This document shows, piece by piece, positions 1 through 13,896 of a stretch of DNA of 64,000 nucleotides. Each line of letters begins with the position of its first letter. The stretch's first letter is position 1. A program made the position numbers and the translations under genes. This stretch comes from Gnetum montanum (lineage: Eukaryota > Plantae > Gnetophyta). Location of the stretch: the NCBI GenBank assembly GCA_015680685.1, contig MNCI01002989.1, positions 591,706 to 655,705 on the forward strand, written 5' to 3'. The notes under the pieces were generated by a model. The model saw only the letters and a list, made by a program, of their open reading frames with translations, was not told the origin of the DNA and did no database searches.

Positions 1-443
1 ACAAGCATTTAAGTGTGACTACTTGGCAACCCAGTAGCATAGCTAGGATCTACACTTGGTAATCCTAGTGGTAGTCATGCACGAGGTCCAAGATGTGTAT
101 GGATGATTAAGGAACGGATGCTCATTGCACTTAGGCTAGCTTAGATTCTCTCTCCCTATCTCCTATTAGTTTAGATTCTCTCTCCCTTTTCCTCTTATCT
201 TAGTTGAAGTTATTTCCTATTACCTTCAAGAGTAGCATTAGTTTAGGAACATATCATACACCTCACTCTGGACTAAATCATACGTGACAAAGAAATTACT
301 AGTCTAGGTGGGAAGACAGCAAATTACGATCAATGAGTAACTATTTGGATACCACAACTAGCCTGTCAGCGAAGTTTGACCAGATCGTGCATGAAATGCT
401 CGTATTCATATGGTTGAGTGTAGGGGTATCTCGCCACTCATCA
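1..443 (+). mobile_element. 3' portion of an Athila-family LTR (solo or 3' LTR, cut by window edge)
   Basis: Ends ...GGTTGAGTGTAGGGGTATCTCGCCACTCATCA, matching the LTR end at 44395-44425; no gag follows. Confidence 0.8.
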
Positions 444-939
444 GTTGGCATTATTATCCTTAGCAATGGTAGGACACCGATTTTAGGTAAGAAATAATAA
501 GAGAAATTTTGGTGGTTGTTCTAGCTATGATCCTTCGATGCAACTACACTCGCTACAAAGGCAACATGACCTACTACCTCCCTACCACTACTACACGTTA
601 TTTCAGCTTTCCTAAACTATATGTGATATTGTTTCATGCATTGTATGCCATCATTCCTTTGCTTCTTCTCATGCATCACTATCTTGTATTCCTCTTATGC
701 CCTATCCTCTTATGCCATCCTTGCTAGGAATCATGCCCTAATACTATGCTAATTTTAACTATGCCTCCCTAAACATCCTAACTTCTAGTTTCATTATTGG
801 AATTTTACACAATTTTTTTTGATGTCATGCATGCCATTTTGGCCACTGACTGTGCCTCCATTGCTACTAGTTATGCCTTCATCATCACCAAAAATCCTGT
901 GAAAACTTCTGGTTGGCCATAGTAACTATGGACAACATG

Positions 940-1160
940 AACACCATAAAATCTTGCCTTCCATGGATCTCCATAGAAATCATTGGTGCTAGAAAATCCT
1001 ACCTCCCATGAAGCTTCATGGACATAGCGAACATCATAAAATCTTGCCTCCCATGAAGCTCCATGAACATCACTAGTACCATAAAATCCTACCTATCATG
1101 GAGCTCCATGAGCATTACCAATGCTATAAAATCCTACCATTCATGAAGCTATGATGGACA
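940..1160. repeat. ~45-bp degenerate tandem repeat (about 5 units), part of a diverged segmental duplicate (~800-1410 vs ~2330-2970)
   Basis: Recurring CATAAAATC(C/T)T(A/G)CCTCCCATG(G/A)AGCTCCATG about every 45 bp. Confidence 0.75.
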
Positions 1161-2519
1161 TCCAAAGCAATGTCAACCTACCTCCTTAGCTAGTTCTTCA
1201 ACAGAAAATTTTCTATTAAATTATGAAAAAATTCAATTTTTCCATTAATAAAAGGAAATTTCAAAAATTTAAAAAATACATAGTAGAAAATGTTAAATAT
1301 GAAAATATGTAGAAAATTTTCAAAAAGGAAATTTGGTGAGTTGGGAAAAACTAGAATAAAAATTTTGTAATGAAGCTTGCTCATCCTTAAGTTGTATTTG
1401 GATGGATGATCTACCCAAAGTTTTACCTGCCCAAAGTTTTGGACTTTAGAAGACATAAATTTTAATTTTAGATATCCTTTTTAGTAAACAAAGATTCATT
1501 TTCTATATATTTCAAACTTGAATAAGAAAACTTAATGTTAAAATTCTAGGGCCTAGAATCTAACTTAATGCCTCCTAATTAATAACCTCAACATCTTGTG
1601 CTTTATATAGCAAATCACTAAAGCCAAGAATTTTTTTGTCAAAAAATTAATATATATTAATCATATTTGACTATTTGAATCAGTGAAAAATATAATAATA
1701 AATATATTTTAGAAAAATTAATTAAATTCTAGACTTTAACCCTAACCCTTAAGGTTAGATCAAGCTAGCCACTATGGTTGGCTACATGTGGCTAGTTGTG
1801 CACCTCAATGTAACAACCCCATGCATCCCTATTAGATTTTCATATCATTTGCTACTCTCCACATGTCTTTTTCTTAGCCTTGATCTGAACATGATACTCT
1901 AGTTATTATTGCATCACCTCTCTTCTACCACATCATTCTTGCCACACCATTAGATCCCACTTTTGTCGTGCTTTTGTAATCAATCCTTGTTTGTGACCAA
2001 TGTGAGCCTTCCATGATCCTTATTGCCTCAACTCTCATGTTCCTCTGTGTCTACCACTATTGTCAAGACTAGCCTAGTTATGATATCACTACCATGCTAT
2101 AGTAAGGCATCACAAAAATCCGCTAGTTGCAAGCTTGGCTTGCCATGAGCATCACCAACCTTGCCATCCTCTATAGTGGTTGACCACCTATTGTTGCCAA
2201 GAGGTGACTAGCAAAATTCTAACGACTATCATAGTCATGGCTCTCCACTACATTTGTGCTTCCCACATAACTAGTATGACCTATTGCCTTGCACTAGCTT
2301 TTCATCTTCCCTATGCACCTACTACTGTATTGATTTCTACTACACTTTCCTATGCATCTTGTCCTCCAATGCTATCCTTTATATTTTACACCATTTTTTC
2401 CAGTGCCATGCACATTATTTTCACTACTACCTATGTGTTCATCACCATCACCTTACAATCCACCATAACTGTAAACCCCATCAAAAATTTTGGTGGTCCA
2501 CATTAATGGTGAATACCAT

Positions 2520-2720
2520 TGACATTGTAAAATCTTACCTTGTCATTGACATCATAAAATCCTAGTTCCCATGGATCTTCATGAATACTGCTAGCATCAT
2601 AAAATCCTACCTCCCATGGAGCTCTACAAACATCACTAGCACCATAAAATTCTGACTTCTACAAAGCTTTGACGATGATCACTATCACCATAAAATCTTG
2701 CTTTTCATAGATCTCCAATG
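2520..2720. repeat. Second copy of the ~45-bp tandem repeat
   Basis: CATAAAATC units at ~2553, 2598, 2643, 2688; flanks also match the 800-1410 region. Confidence 0.75.
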
Positions 2721-3004
2721 TATAGTACTAGTGTCATTTTCTTACCTCCTTGGCAAGTTTAGCAACAAGAGAATTTTTTTGTCAATTGATAGAAAAATTT
2801 AAATTGTTCCATTAATCGATAGAAATTTTACACATGTCAATAAGAGGTAGAAAATTCTAAATTTAAAAATAGAGTAAATTTTTAAAAATGAAATTTGGCC
2901 TATTACAAAAAACTTAGATTAAATTTTTTTAATTAAGTGTACTCATCCTAAAGTATTACTAGGATGAATGATTGTTAGTGGTAGAGGAATGATCTTGCAG
3001 AAAG

Positions 3005-6000
3005 AAATAGCTTATATGATTACTTGTTTGAGGTGGCTGCTAGTCTTTGATATCAACAAGGTATAGATACCTCCAAATAGATTTTACTATTATAATTGAG
3101 CTAAATATGGCTAGGTATATTAACCAATGAAAAGTTTTCATAATAATGTATAGTTTTATATATAGTTAATGACTATCTCCTATAGCTATCTCTTAGCAAA
3201 ATTAAAGAAAATTTAATAGCTTCCCTATAAGCATAGTCTTAAATCTTACATAACTAATATAATGGATGACTAGTTTTATAGAAGTTATTAATCTTTAATT
3301 CTAAGTAATTTGTTAGCTAACTTTCCAAATCTAGATCACAAAAGTTTTGCTAAATAGACCAAGAGACTAAGGAAATAAAATTATTCATAAAGCTTATAAT
3401 TGTATAAAAATGAAAATATTTCTATGTTAAATTAATTTAAAATGGACACTTATAAAAACTATCTTATTCAACCAAAATAACAAAAACAAGTTAAACCTCA
3501 ATTCACAAAGAAAATAACCTATTCTAAAACAAACATTTCATCCAAACAAAGCTATGCAATGACTAGACTAGACATATAAGAAAAAATAATTAAATATAAT
3601 TTCAAACTAAAGGATAAAAGCTATAGGAGATAGAGAGAACCTATTTAAAATTCCATTAAGAAGAATCTTTTACAAGCTTTTCTTTTCCCCAAATTTCTTT
3701 CTTAAAGCCACCAAAATGAAAAGGTCCCTTTTTAACTAATACTCCAGGGTATATTAGCCACTGATAATTACAATTGCTATAAGAATTAAGGCTACAACTA
3801 CCTCTTGATCTCCTCATATATTTGTAAACCATTACATAATTATTTGATTTCATGATAAACTTTTCCCATTCATTGAATATGAAGCTGCTCAACTTATAAC
3901 TATTAAGATAATCTACCATGACTTAAGATAGCCTTAACATCCTTGTTTATTATATCTATTTTAGTGCTACTACGCTTCTTTCATATTTCTTCAATGCTTT
4001 TTTTTTTTTTTGCCAAATATGATTCCATTGTGAAATCTGTTATTTCTATTAAAGTAGCTCTCACACTGGCACAAACTTGTCAAATTCTAGCTTCTTCTCA
4101 ATAGTTTCATTTCTGATCTCAAGAACTACCATCAATATGATATCCAAATAATTCTATTTATACTAAGGTAATATTTTTCTTTTAGCTTAATGTAAATTAA
4201 ACAATTCTTGCATCTTTCTGTACAACTAAAGAAATATAACCTATTTTTTTCCTAGATTTATGAGAACTATGGAGAAAGTCCTTTGCATTTCGATTGTAGC
4301 TCTACATTGCTATTAGCTGTATTTTAGTTCTTGGATCTATTTGGCAATTTCTCTACAGTTTGAAATATGTCCTTTCTTCTTTAACTTACTTTTAGATAGT
4401 CTATTTGATTTGGTTCTTAATACATGTTACGAGCTTTGATTTCTTTGAGCCATTCATTAAAACCTTAAGAGTTTGGGCTTTGTGTCTCAATCTATTATTA
4501 GCAATGTAGCTTGTATTTTCAAATAACATTATCTTAGAGTTGATGTTAACTTGTAGAACCATTTTTGAACTTGCTTGCTAAGACAAGTTTTAGTTCTACG
4601 AACTATTTTGTAAAAGTGCTACTGTGGTAGAGTGGTTCTTGAGCTTTCTTGTACAACTAGATTTTGGTTCTACAAGTTATGTTACATTCTCTAGCTTCTT
4701 ACTGATAATATATTGAGTTGGATTGAAATTTAATATGGATATGTGTAAATTAAAATTATATCCTTTTTGGATGTGATATAAGATCTTCTTATATTGATGT
4801 TGCTTGTAGAATCATTTTGGCATTTCCTTGTAAAACCAATTTTTATTTCTATGAACTTGTGCTAAAGCTACTATGGTAAGGCTTATCCAAAGCCTATTTC
4901 TAGCGTTGATGCTTCTAGCTTGAAGAACTTATAGATTTTTTGAAGCTGATGTAGTTTTTAGAACTAATTCAAAATATGCTTGTAGAGCCAAGTTCTAGTT
5001 CTCTAAATTCATTCTACAAATAAGGTAACATGAAAGAATAGTTCATGTGCTTGCTTATAGAATCAAATTTTATCTCTATGAGTGATGCCATTTTTCTAAA
5101 TTTGACATGGCATGTCAAAAGGGTCTAATTTCTAGAATCATTCTCTAGTTCTATAAATGAGCATACTTTAGTATTTTAATTCCATGTATATTCTCAAAAA
5201 TAGCTTTTGAAATTTTTTCATAAAACCATTTGGAAGCTTATTCATACAAGCATGTTTGTGCTCTACAAAATTGTTCTGCATGGGAGCTAATGTGATAGAA
5301 TAAGTTCAAGCTTCTTTGTAGGACCAATTTTTAGTTCCACATGCTATGACATGTTCTTTTTCCTCTACATCATAACTTGTGAACTGGATTGAGAGTATAG
5401 TGCACATGTATGTAATACTTGGTGGGCTTGAGATGGCCTCTATTTAAGTTGATGTTAATTGCAAAACTATTTTGGCTTTTCCTCATAGAACATTATTTTG
5501 GTTCTACAAACTAGAATTATATAGAAGCTAACATGGTAGCGTTTCCTTGAGGTCCATCTTTTGAAGATTACTTTTCCAAATCATTAAGATCATTAATTTT
5601 TCGATGCTAATGTGGTTCATAGAATTGATTTTTAAGTTCAATTGTAGAGTTGAATTTTGGCTTCATAAGCTAGTTCTACAAGATGATGTGGTAGAATCAT
5701 TTTCATGCTCACTTATAAAATGAAATTTTAACTCTACGAGCGATGTACATTTTCTAAAGTTAACATGGTAAAGCCAATTTTAATACCATTTGTAGAGTTG
5801 AATTTTCGCTAATGTAGTAGAACTACTTTGAAATTTTTTTTTAAGTTGGTTCAAGTTCAAAGAATCATATACTTTAATATCTTTTGATACCACTTTGAAT
5901 GCTAACTTAGTAGAGATAAAAATGAGATTACTTTTAGGGTCAATGTTTTTATTATTTAGTTAAGCTTATTCTTATGATGTAGTTTGTAGAATTGATCTTA

Positions 6001-6220
6001 TGTTTATTTATAATATCAAAGCTAGGTTCTATAAAATCACGCTATGTTAAAGTTGATGTGGTTATGCCACTTTTTGCACTTTCTTGTAAAAGAAACGTTT
6101 GGTTCTACAAGTCTTGTAATCAAACTTTCATACCATGACATGTGATTTTATCTTAATTATCAATTTGTCAAAGTTGAACCAAGTGCATATTATATCTTAA
6201 GAGTATTTATTGTACTTCTT
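3005..6220. repeat. Large diverged direct repeat, copy A; GTAGAACC/GGTTCTAC-rich; unclassified TE-derived
   Basis: Collinear with 7125-10375, e.g. CAAACCTCAATTCACAAAGAA and GTGGTAGAGTGGTTCTTGAGCTT segments are shared. Confidence 0.8.
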
Positions 6221-6299
6221 TGTCAATTTTCTTTCTAATTCTATAACTTCACTATGAAGATCAACTAGAGTATTAACATTTGGATTTCTTCGTACTCAA

Positions 6300-6760
6300 A
6301 GTAAGATTATTGGATCTATAACATTTAAGTAGGTATCTCTCAAGACTTCGTTACTTGGTCCAAAATAATTTTGAAATAAGCTATGAATTCTCCAAAATTT
6401 GATATTGAATTTTCTTAGTGATTCACTATTTTTCCTATTTCATTTGAACTAAGTGTTATTCAATCAGATTGCTAGATTTGGATATGAATAAGGCTTTCAT
6501 ATCATCCCAACTAGTGATACTACTATTGGGTAAGTTTTAATAAAAAATTTGAGCCATGTATATGAGGTTTCCTATGAATAGTTTGCAAGCTTGATCTTGG
6601 TATTGAATATTAGCATGAATAAGACCTAACTTAAATAGGTGTAAATATTCCTCTACTAAATAAGATTTAATAAGATTGTATAGTTCTAATAGATATTTAT
6701 AAAGTAACTTCAAAATATCATGATGCGCATTGAAAATCAAAGGTATGGGTAACTAAAATG
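6300..6760 (-). pseudogene. gag: Ty3/Gypsy gag (Retrotrans_gag-like) remnant
   Basis: Translates ..EEYLHLFKLG..QDQACKLFIGNLIYMAQIFY*NLPNSSITSWDDMKALFISK, matching the F..SL...A..W...LP..SI.SW..L...F gag motif. Confidence 0.7.
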
Positions 6761-7124
6761 AATTAACAGGAGGTCAATTAACCATCATTTGTAAATTATA
6801 ATTTCTACTTAATGGCCTTTTCTTTAACTTAGCTATTTTTTTGAAAGAAAAACGCTTAATTAAAGGTAATAACCTAGTACATCATATCTTATTCAAATAC
6901 ATTAGTTTGTAATTATGATCTTAGATTCCTCCTCCCACGTAGTTTCAATCTTAAGTTTAAATATGTTTGTTGAACATTTGGAATCTTTTTGTTTATTTGA
7001 GGATTCACTCATGAGCCAAGATAGCAAATCTAATATTGGACCTAAGTTATCCTAATATATCCTAATAAATTTTAGTATGCTTTTATAACATGCCCTTCTT
7101 CTAGTACTAGTTACACTATTGGTG

Positions 7125-10100
7125 GCAGAATAACTTATAGTAATTACTTGTTTTAGGTGTCTTCTGGTCTCTAGTACCACCAAGGCATAAATGTCCCCAA
7201 ATAGATTTTGCTGTTATAATTAGCTTAAATATGGATAGGCATATTTAGCAATGAAAATTCATCTTAATAATATGTTGTTTTATATGTATTTAATGACTAT
7301 CTCCTAAAGCTATCTGTTAGAAAAATTAAAGAAAATGGAATAGCTTCCTTATAAGCATAGCCTTAAATCTTCCATAACTAATATAATGGATGGGTAGTTT
7401 TATAGAAGCACTTAATCATTAATTCTAAGCTATCTATTAGCTATCTTCATGAAGTTAGATCACAAAAGTCTTGCAAAATAGAGCAAGGTACTAAGCAAAT
7501 AAAATTATTTATAAAGCTTATAATCCTATAAAGATGAAAATATTTCTATGCTAAAATGACTTAGAATGAACACTTATAAAAGCTATCTTATTCAACCAAA
7601 ATAGTAGAAACAAGTCAAACCTCAATTCACAAAGAAGATAACCTATTCCAAAATTGACATTTCATCCAATTAAAGTTATATAATGACTACGCTAGACATA
7701 TAAGAAAATGTTATTCAATATAATTGGTAACTGAAAGATAAAAACTATAGGAGATAGATAGAACCTATTTAAAATGCCAAAAAGAATATGTCTTTTACAA
7801 GCTTTTCTTTTCCACAAATTCCTTCCTTGAAGCACGCCAAAAGAGGATATCCCTATTTAAATTTTTCTCTAGGCTTTATATATAGTCACTAGTAGTTATA
7901 ACCATTATAATAGTTCAGGCTACAACTGGCTCACATTCTTCTTGTATAACTATAAATCATTGGATAACTGTTTGGTTTCTTAATAAACTTTCCTTAATCT
8001 TTGAATTTAAAACCTCTCAACTAATAACCATTAAGATAATCTTCCATTATTAGAGAGAGCCTTAATAGCCTGATCCATCATATCTAGCTTAGTGTCATTT
8101 CTTTAAGACTTCTTCAGTGTCTATTTTCCTCAAACCTGATTTAGTTATTGAATTTGTTATTTCTTTTAAAGAAGCTCCTACATTAGCACAGACATGTTCG
8201 AATTCTAGCTTCTTGTTGGTAGTTTCATTTATGATTCCAATAACTACCATCATCATCATATCTAAATAACTCTATTTATACAGAGGTAACAAGTCACTTT
8301 TAGCTATATCTAAATCAAAAAATTCCTATGCCTCTCTGTTCACCTACATAAATATGACATTTTTTTCTTATCATTTTATGAGAACTCTGGAGATGCTTTG
8401 CAATTTGATGGTAACTATGGTTTACTCTGAGCTTTTTTTTAGTTATTAACTTTGTTTATCAATTGCTTTATAACATGTAATCTATCATTTGTTCTTTAAC
8501 TTGGTTTTACAAAGGCTATGCAATTTAGTTCTTAACAAATGTTGTTGGCTTTGATTTATGTAAGCCATTCATTAAAATCATAAGAGTTTAGGCTTAGCAT
8601 CTCAACCTATTCTTCTTAATGTAGCTTTTATATTTGTATACCTTATCTTAGTACTACTGTTACCTTGTAGAACCATTTTTCAAATTACTTGTAGAGCTAG
8701 GTTTTTATTCTATGAACTATTTTATAAAAGAGATGTTGTGGTAGAGTGGTTCTTGAGCTTCCTCATAGAATCATATTTGGTTTTACAAGTTTTATTAATT
8801 CCTTTATCTTCTCACTTATAATATATTGAGCTAGATTAAAATTTAATACACATATTCATAAATTAAAATTTTATCCTTTTTTTCACTTGAGATAAGATCT
8901 AATTATCTAATTTGGCTCTAGAACCATTTTATCTTTTCCATATAGAACTAATGTTTAGTTCTATCAACCTACTCTAAAGCTGATGTGCTATGACTTCTCC
9001 AAAGTTCATTTTAAAAGTTGAATCCTCTATATAGATAAACTTATTAAATTATTGAAGTTAATGTGGCTTGTAGAACCAATTTAAAGACTGCTCATAGAGC
9101 TTGTTTTTTTTCTACACGTTCATTCTACAAAGGAGCTGACATGAAAGAACCATTCATGCACTTGCATGTAGAACAAAATATTAACTTTACAAGGGATGCC
9201 CTATTTCTAAAGTTGAGATGGCATGTGAAAATGGTCTAATTTGTAGAACCATTTTTTAATTATACAAATAAAATTTATTTAATATTTTAATTCTACCTAT
9301 ATTGACATGGCAAAGTATTTTTAAAGATAGCTTTTGAAATTTATTACTTGAACCATTTTAAAGCTTATTAATAGAATCATTTTTTTCCTCTTCAAAGTCA
9401 TTCTACAAGGGAGATAACATGGTACAATGAGTTTAAGCTTCTTTCTAGAACCAATTTTTAGTTCTGCATACTATGTCATGCTCTTTTGCCTCTACTTCAT
9501 AACTTGCTAAGCTAGATTAAAAGTATATTATGTATGTGCATGATTATTATTGGGTTTGAGATGAGCTTTGTTTAAGCTAATGTGTGTTGTATAAAAATTT
9601 TGGCTTTTCTTTATAGAACCAATTTTTTATTCTACAAATTGCCATTATATAGAAGCTGAGATGATAGAGTTTCTTTGAGGTTCATCTTTCTAGATTTAAT
9701 TTCCAATTTAACAAGATCATTAATTTTCAAAAGTTCATGTGATTCGTAGAACCAATTTCTAATTCCATTTGTAAAGCTGAATTTTGGCTTCATAAACTTA
9801 TTTTATGAGCTGACGTGGTAGAACTATTTTCAAGCTTGCTTGTAGAACCAAATTTTATCTCTATGAGTGATGTTATTTTTCTAAAGTTGAAGTGGTAGGG
9901 CCAATTTTAATATCATTTCTAGACCTAATTTTTGGCTTCATAAATTGGTTGTATGAGCTAACATGGTGGAACTACTTCAAAAGGTTTTTTTTTATGATGC
10001 CTAATTTAGGTTTTAAGAACTACATACATGAATCTCTCTTTATAATAGTTTGAATGTTGACTTAGCAAAGGTGAAAATTAGATTACTTCTAAGGCTAAAT

Positions 10101-10375
10101 TTTTTGTTCTTCATAAAAGATTATTCTGATGATGTGGCTTTTAGAACCAATATTAAGCTTGTTTGTAGAATCAAATCTATGTTCTATAGGACCACTCTAT
10201 GTAGAAACTGACATGATTGAGTCACTTTACGCTAGCTTATAGAACTAAAATTTGGGGTTACCAGTCATGCAATCAAACTTCTACATCACAACACTTGATC
10301 TTACCCTAATCACTAATTTGTCAAAGTGAAAGCAAGTGCATAGTATTTCTTAAGAGATTTTGGCATACTTCTTTC
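7125..10375. repeat. Large diverged direct repeat, copy B (motif-rich sequence continues to ~12100)
   Basis: Collinear with 3005-6220. Confidence 0.8.
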
Positions 10376-10568
10376 TTTATAGAGCCTTTTCATGAAACCA
10401 CTTTTTGGCTCTACAAAGCCTTTTCTACATAATGAAACTAACATGATAGAACCAAAAAATATGTTTCTTGTAGAATCATTTTTCAATTTCATAGACTATC
10501 TCATTTTGAGCTCTTTCTTTGTATTATGACATGGCTTATAAAACTAACTTTAAACTTGTTTGTACATN

Positions 10569-11482
10569 AAGCTGAGATGATAGAGTTTCTTTGAGGTTCA
10601 TCTTTCTAGATTTAATTTCCAATTTAACAAGATCATTAATTTTCAAAAGTTCATGTGATTCGTAGAACCAATTTCTAATTCCATTTGTAAAGCTGAATTT
10701 TGGCTTCATAAACTTATTTTATGAGCTGACGTGGTAGAACTATTTTCAAGCTTGCTTGTAGAACCAAATTTTATCTCTATGAGTGATGTTATTTTTCTAA
10801 AGTTGAAGTGGTAGGGCCAATTTTAATATCATTTCTAGACCTAATTTTTGGCTTCATAAATTGGTTGTATGAGCTAACATGGTGGAACTACTTCAAAAGG
10901 TTTTTTTTTATGATGCCTAATTTAGGTTTTAAGAACTACATACATGAATCTCTCTTTATAATAGTTTGAATGTTGACTTAGCAAAGGTGAAAATTAGATT
11001 ACTTCTAAGGCTAAATTTTTTGTTCTTCATAAAAGATTATTCTGATGATGTGGCTTTTAGAACCAATATTAAGCTTGTTTGTAGAATCAAATCTATGTTC
11101 TATAGGACCACTCTATGTAGAAACTGACATGATTGAGTCACTTTACGCTAGCTTATAGAACTAAAATTTGGGGTTACCAGTCATGCAATCAAACTTCTAC
11201 ATCACAACACTTGATCTTACCCTAATCACTAATTTGTCAAAGTGAAAGCAAGTGCATAGTATTTCTTAAGAGATTTTGGCATACTTCTTTCTTTATAGAG
11301 CATTTCATGAAACCACTTTTTGGCTCTACAAAGCCTTTTCTACATAATGAAACTAACATGATAGAACCAAAAAATATGTTTCTTGTAGAATCATTTTTCA
11401 ATTTCATAGACTATCTCATTTTGAGCTCTTTCTTTGTATTATGACATGGCTTATAAAACTAACTTTAAACTTGTTTGTACAT
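10569..11482. other. Near-exact duplicate of 9653-10567 following a single N; probable assembly overlap artefact
   Basis: ~914 bp essentially identical, joined at n10568; 12108-12276, flanked by Ns, repeats part of it again. Confidence 0.85.
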
Positions 11483-12711
11483 CTGAATATAGCTTCTATA
11501 TAATCATTCTACATAGCAGTTGATGTGGTAGAACCAACTTTGTACTTACTTGTAGAACCTAATTTTGGTTTTATGAGATCCCTAATCAAACTCTTATGTA
11601 TTGTTACTTTGATTGCACCCCTATCAAAGCAAGAAATGACATAAGATCTTATTTATAGAACCTTTTTGTAGAATCATTTTTCAACCCTACAAATCTTTTC
11701 ATCAAAATAGAACTAACTTAATAGAACTATTTTTCATGCTTGCTGGTAGAACCATATTGAATTTTTCAAATAATGCCAAATTTTAGGCCCTAACATGGCA
11801 CATAGAATAACTTTTGTTGTTTTTTGTACAACTAGTTCTTAGTTTTACTTGCCAACTTTACAAGATAGCTTACATGTCACATGGGATTTACATACATAAA
11901 GTTGATTTTAGTTCTTACTTATGCTTTAATCCTATGAAGATAACTTGAGTAGAACCAATTTGTAGAGCCAATTTTTATTTGTATGAGCCTCCTCTAAGAC
12001 CTAACATGGCAGATGTACTTAATGAACCCTTCATTTCCTATCATTAATGAGGCTCATCATGGTTCATAGAATAATTTTTCAATTCATTCGTAAAGTTGAT
12101 TTTTAANCTTTTCATGAAACCACTTTTTGGCTCTACAAAGCCTTTTCTACATAATGAAACTAACATGATAGAACCAAAAAATATGTTTCTTGTAGAATCA
12201 TTTTTCAATTTCATAGACTATCTCATTTTGAGCTCTTTCTTTGTATTATGACATGGCTTATAAAACTAACTTTAAANAGATCAACAAAGTAGAATATTTT
12301 TGGATTACTTATTCAACTTTTAAATTTTTATTTCAAAAAGAAATTTGATCAAAAAGACTTTAATCTTCACAACATCTTCATAGGAACTTCTCCTAAAATT
12401 TACCTCCAAATATGACTCATTACTTAGGGAATGAAAAAAATTAGCTTAATCTTTTTACATGAGTATATCAATCTTTGGAAGTTGTGGGATATTGCACAAA
12501 GAAGTAAACATGATAATCCAAGTCCTTTGCTCTTCCATGAAAATGGCTATTGTTCTAATAATATTGACCTCTTCAGATGTCTTATTTTCCATGCACAAAG
12601 TTTTGAGCTTCAAAAGTTATAACTTTTAATTATGGATAGCTTTTTTGGCATATGAAAAGTCTCTTTCTATAGATTTCAATCCCCCATAAAAAAACATACT
12701 ATTAAAAAATT

Positions 12712-12770
12712 GGTATTAGGAATTGAACCCACGATCTTCTAATTACTAACCTCAACATGTTATGCCATGC
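12712..12770 (-). mobile_element. Possible tRNA-derived SINE / tRNA-like remnant
   Basis: Pol III B-box-like GGTTCAATTCC on the minus strand (12719-12729); no complete cloverleaf visible. Confidence 0.3.
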
Positions 12771-12989
12771 TTCATATAGCTAATAATAAAAGCCAAGCTT
12801 TTTCTTGTTAAAATATCAATAAACTTTAATAATATTTAACTTATTTTATTAATAAAAAATAATAATCAATATATTTAACAAAGAAGAAAAATTTTAGTTT
12901 TTCTCCTAATGCTTAGGATAGGAGCTAACTAGTTGTTGTGGTTGTCTATGTGCCACTAGAGCCCTAGAGAATCTTTAACACTAAGAAGC

Positions 12990-13840
12990 CCTAGAGACAT
13001 CTCATTTTCTAGTGAGACATCTTTCACGAATTGATGCCAATCTCAAATAGATGTCTCTACTTTAAAGAAGACATCTACACTAGTCGTTGGGTAGCTATTG
13101 CTTGAATTCTGAGTTTTCAAAAGCTTTGAAGCTATAAGAAGACATCATATTATTTAAAATTGTGAAAGCATTATTAACATCAAAGCAATCATTGTCATAT
13201 CTATGCTAATGTATTCTTGTCCTTCATTGTCACATCATTAGCTTATTTTTATTCTGAGTTGAGCCTCAATGGAATGATTTTGTAATTATAGTTACATTAT
13301 TTCCTTGGTTTTTACATTCTTTCTTATTACCCTACATGGTTGATGTACTTCTTATGAGAAGGAATCTATATTAAGCTTGTTGAGATCTTGTAGGATTGAG
13401 TGGTTTTGTAGCATCAAAACATTCTAGAGTAGAGCTAAATTTTGTAAAGGTTATGGGATCCTTGAAATCACATTGTGAGCTTGTTAGGTCCTTGTAGGAT
13501 TAAGTGGTTTCATAACAACAAAACACTCTGGTATGGAGCTCAGTGCTAAGAGGGTGTGATGCTCTTTAAACCATATTTTGGGCTTGTTGGGACCTTGCAG
13601 TGTTAAGATATTTTGCAGTGATGAAACTCTCCATAGAAAAGCTCAAATCCTATAAAGGTTATGGTACCCTTCAAATCACATTTCTGAGAAACAAGTCTTG
13701 AGGTGTGCAAGGATTCTACCCTCTAATTATGAACATACCCAAGTTGGGGGACCACATAAATGTTGAGTGTGATTTTTGTGGCTATTCAATTTTCAATTAG
13801 AGGAACTTATTCAACCCCCCTTCTAAGTTCTCGATCCTCA
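12990..13840 (+). repeat. SIRE-type 5' LTR (5'-truncated)
   Basis: Ends ..CCTCA just before the PBS; CTATAAGAA TATA-like box at ~13132. Confidence 0.75.
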
Positions 13841-13842
13841 AG

Positions 13843-13854
13843 TGGTATCAAAGC
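13843..13854 (+). promoter_or_regulatory. Primer binding site, tRNA-iMet
   Basis: TGGTATCAAAGC vs canonical TGGTATCAGAGC. Confidence 0.85.
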
Positions 13855-13896
13855 TTGGTACTCCTAGTTTTGAGTGTAATAACTTAGGAGTAAATA

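Noticed and set aside
445-462. PBS after the LTR end at 443
   Set aside because: Only TGGC matches exactly and no gag leader follows
9653-12276. Recent tandem duplication of ~914 bp (and a 169-bp third copy)
   Set aside because: Junctions coincide with single N characters, typical of unmerged contig overlaps
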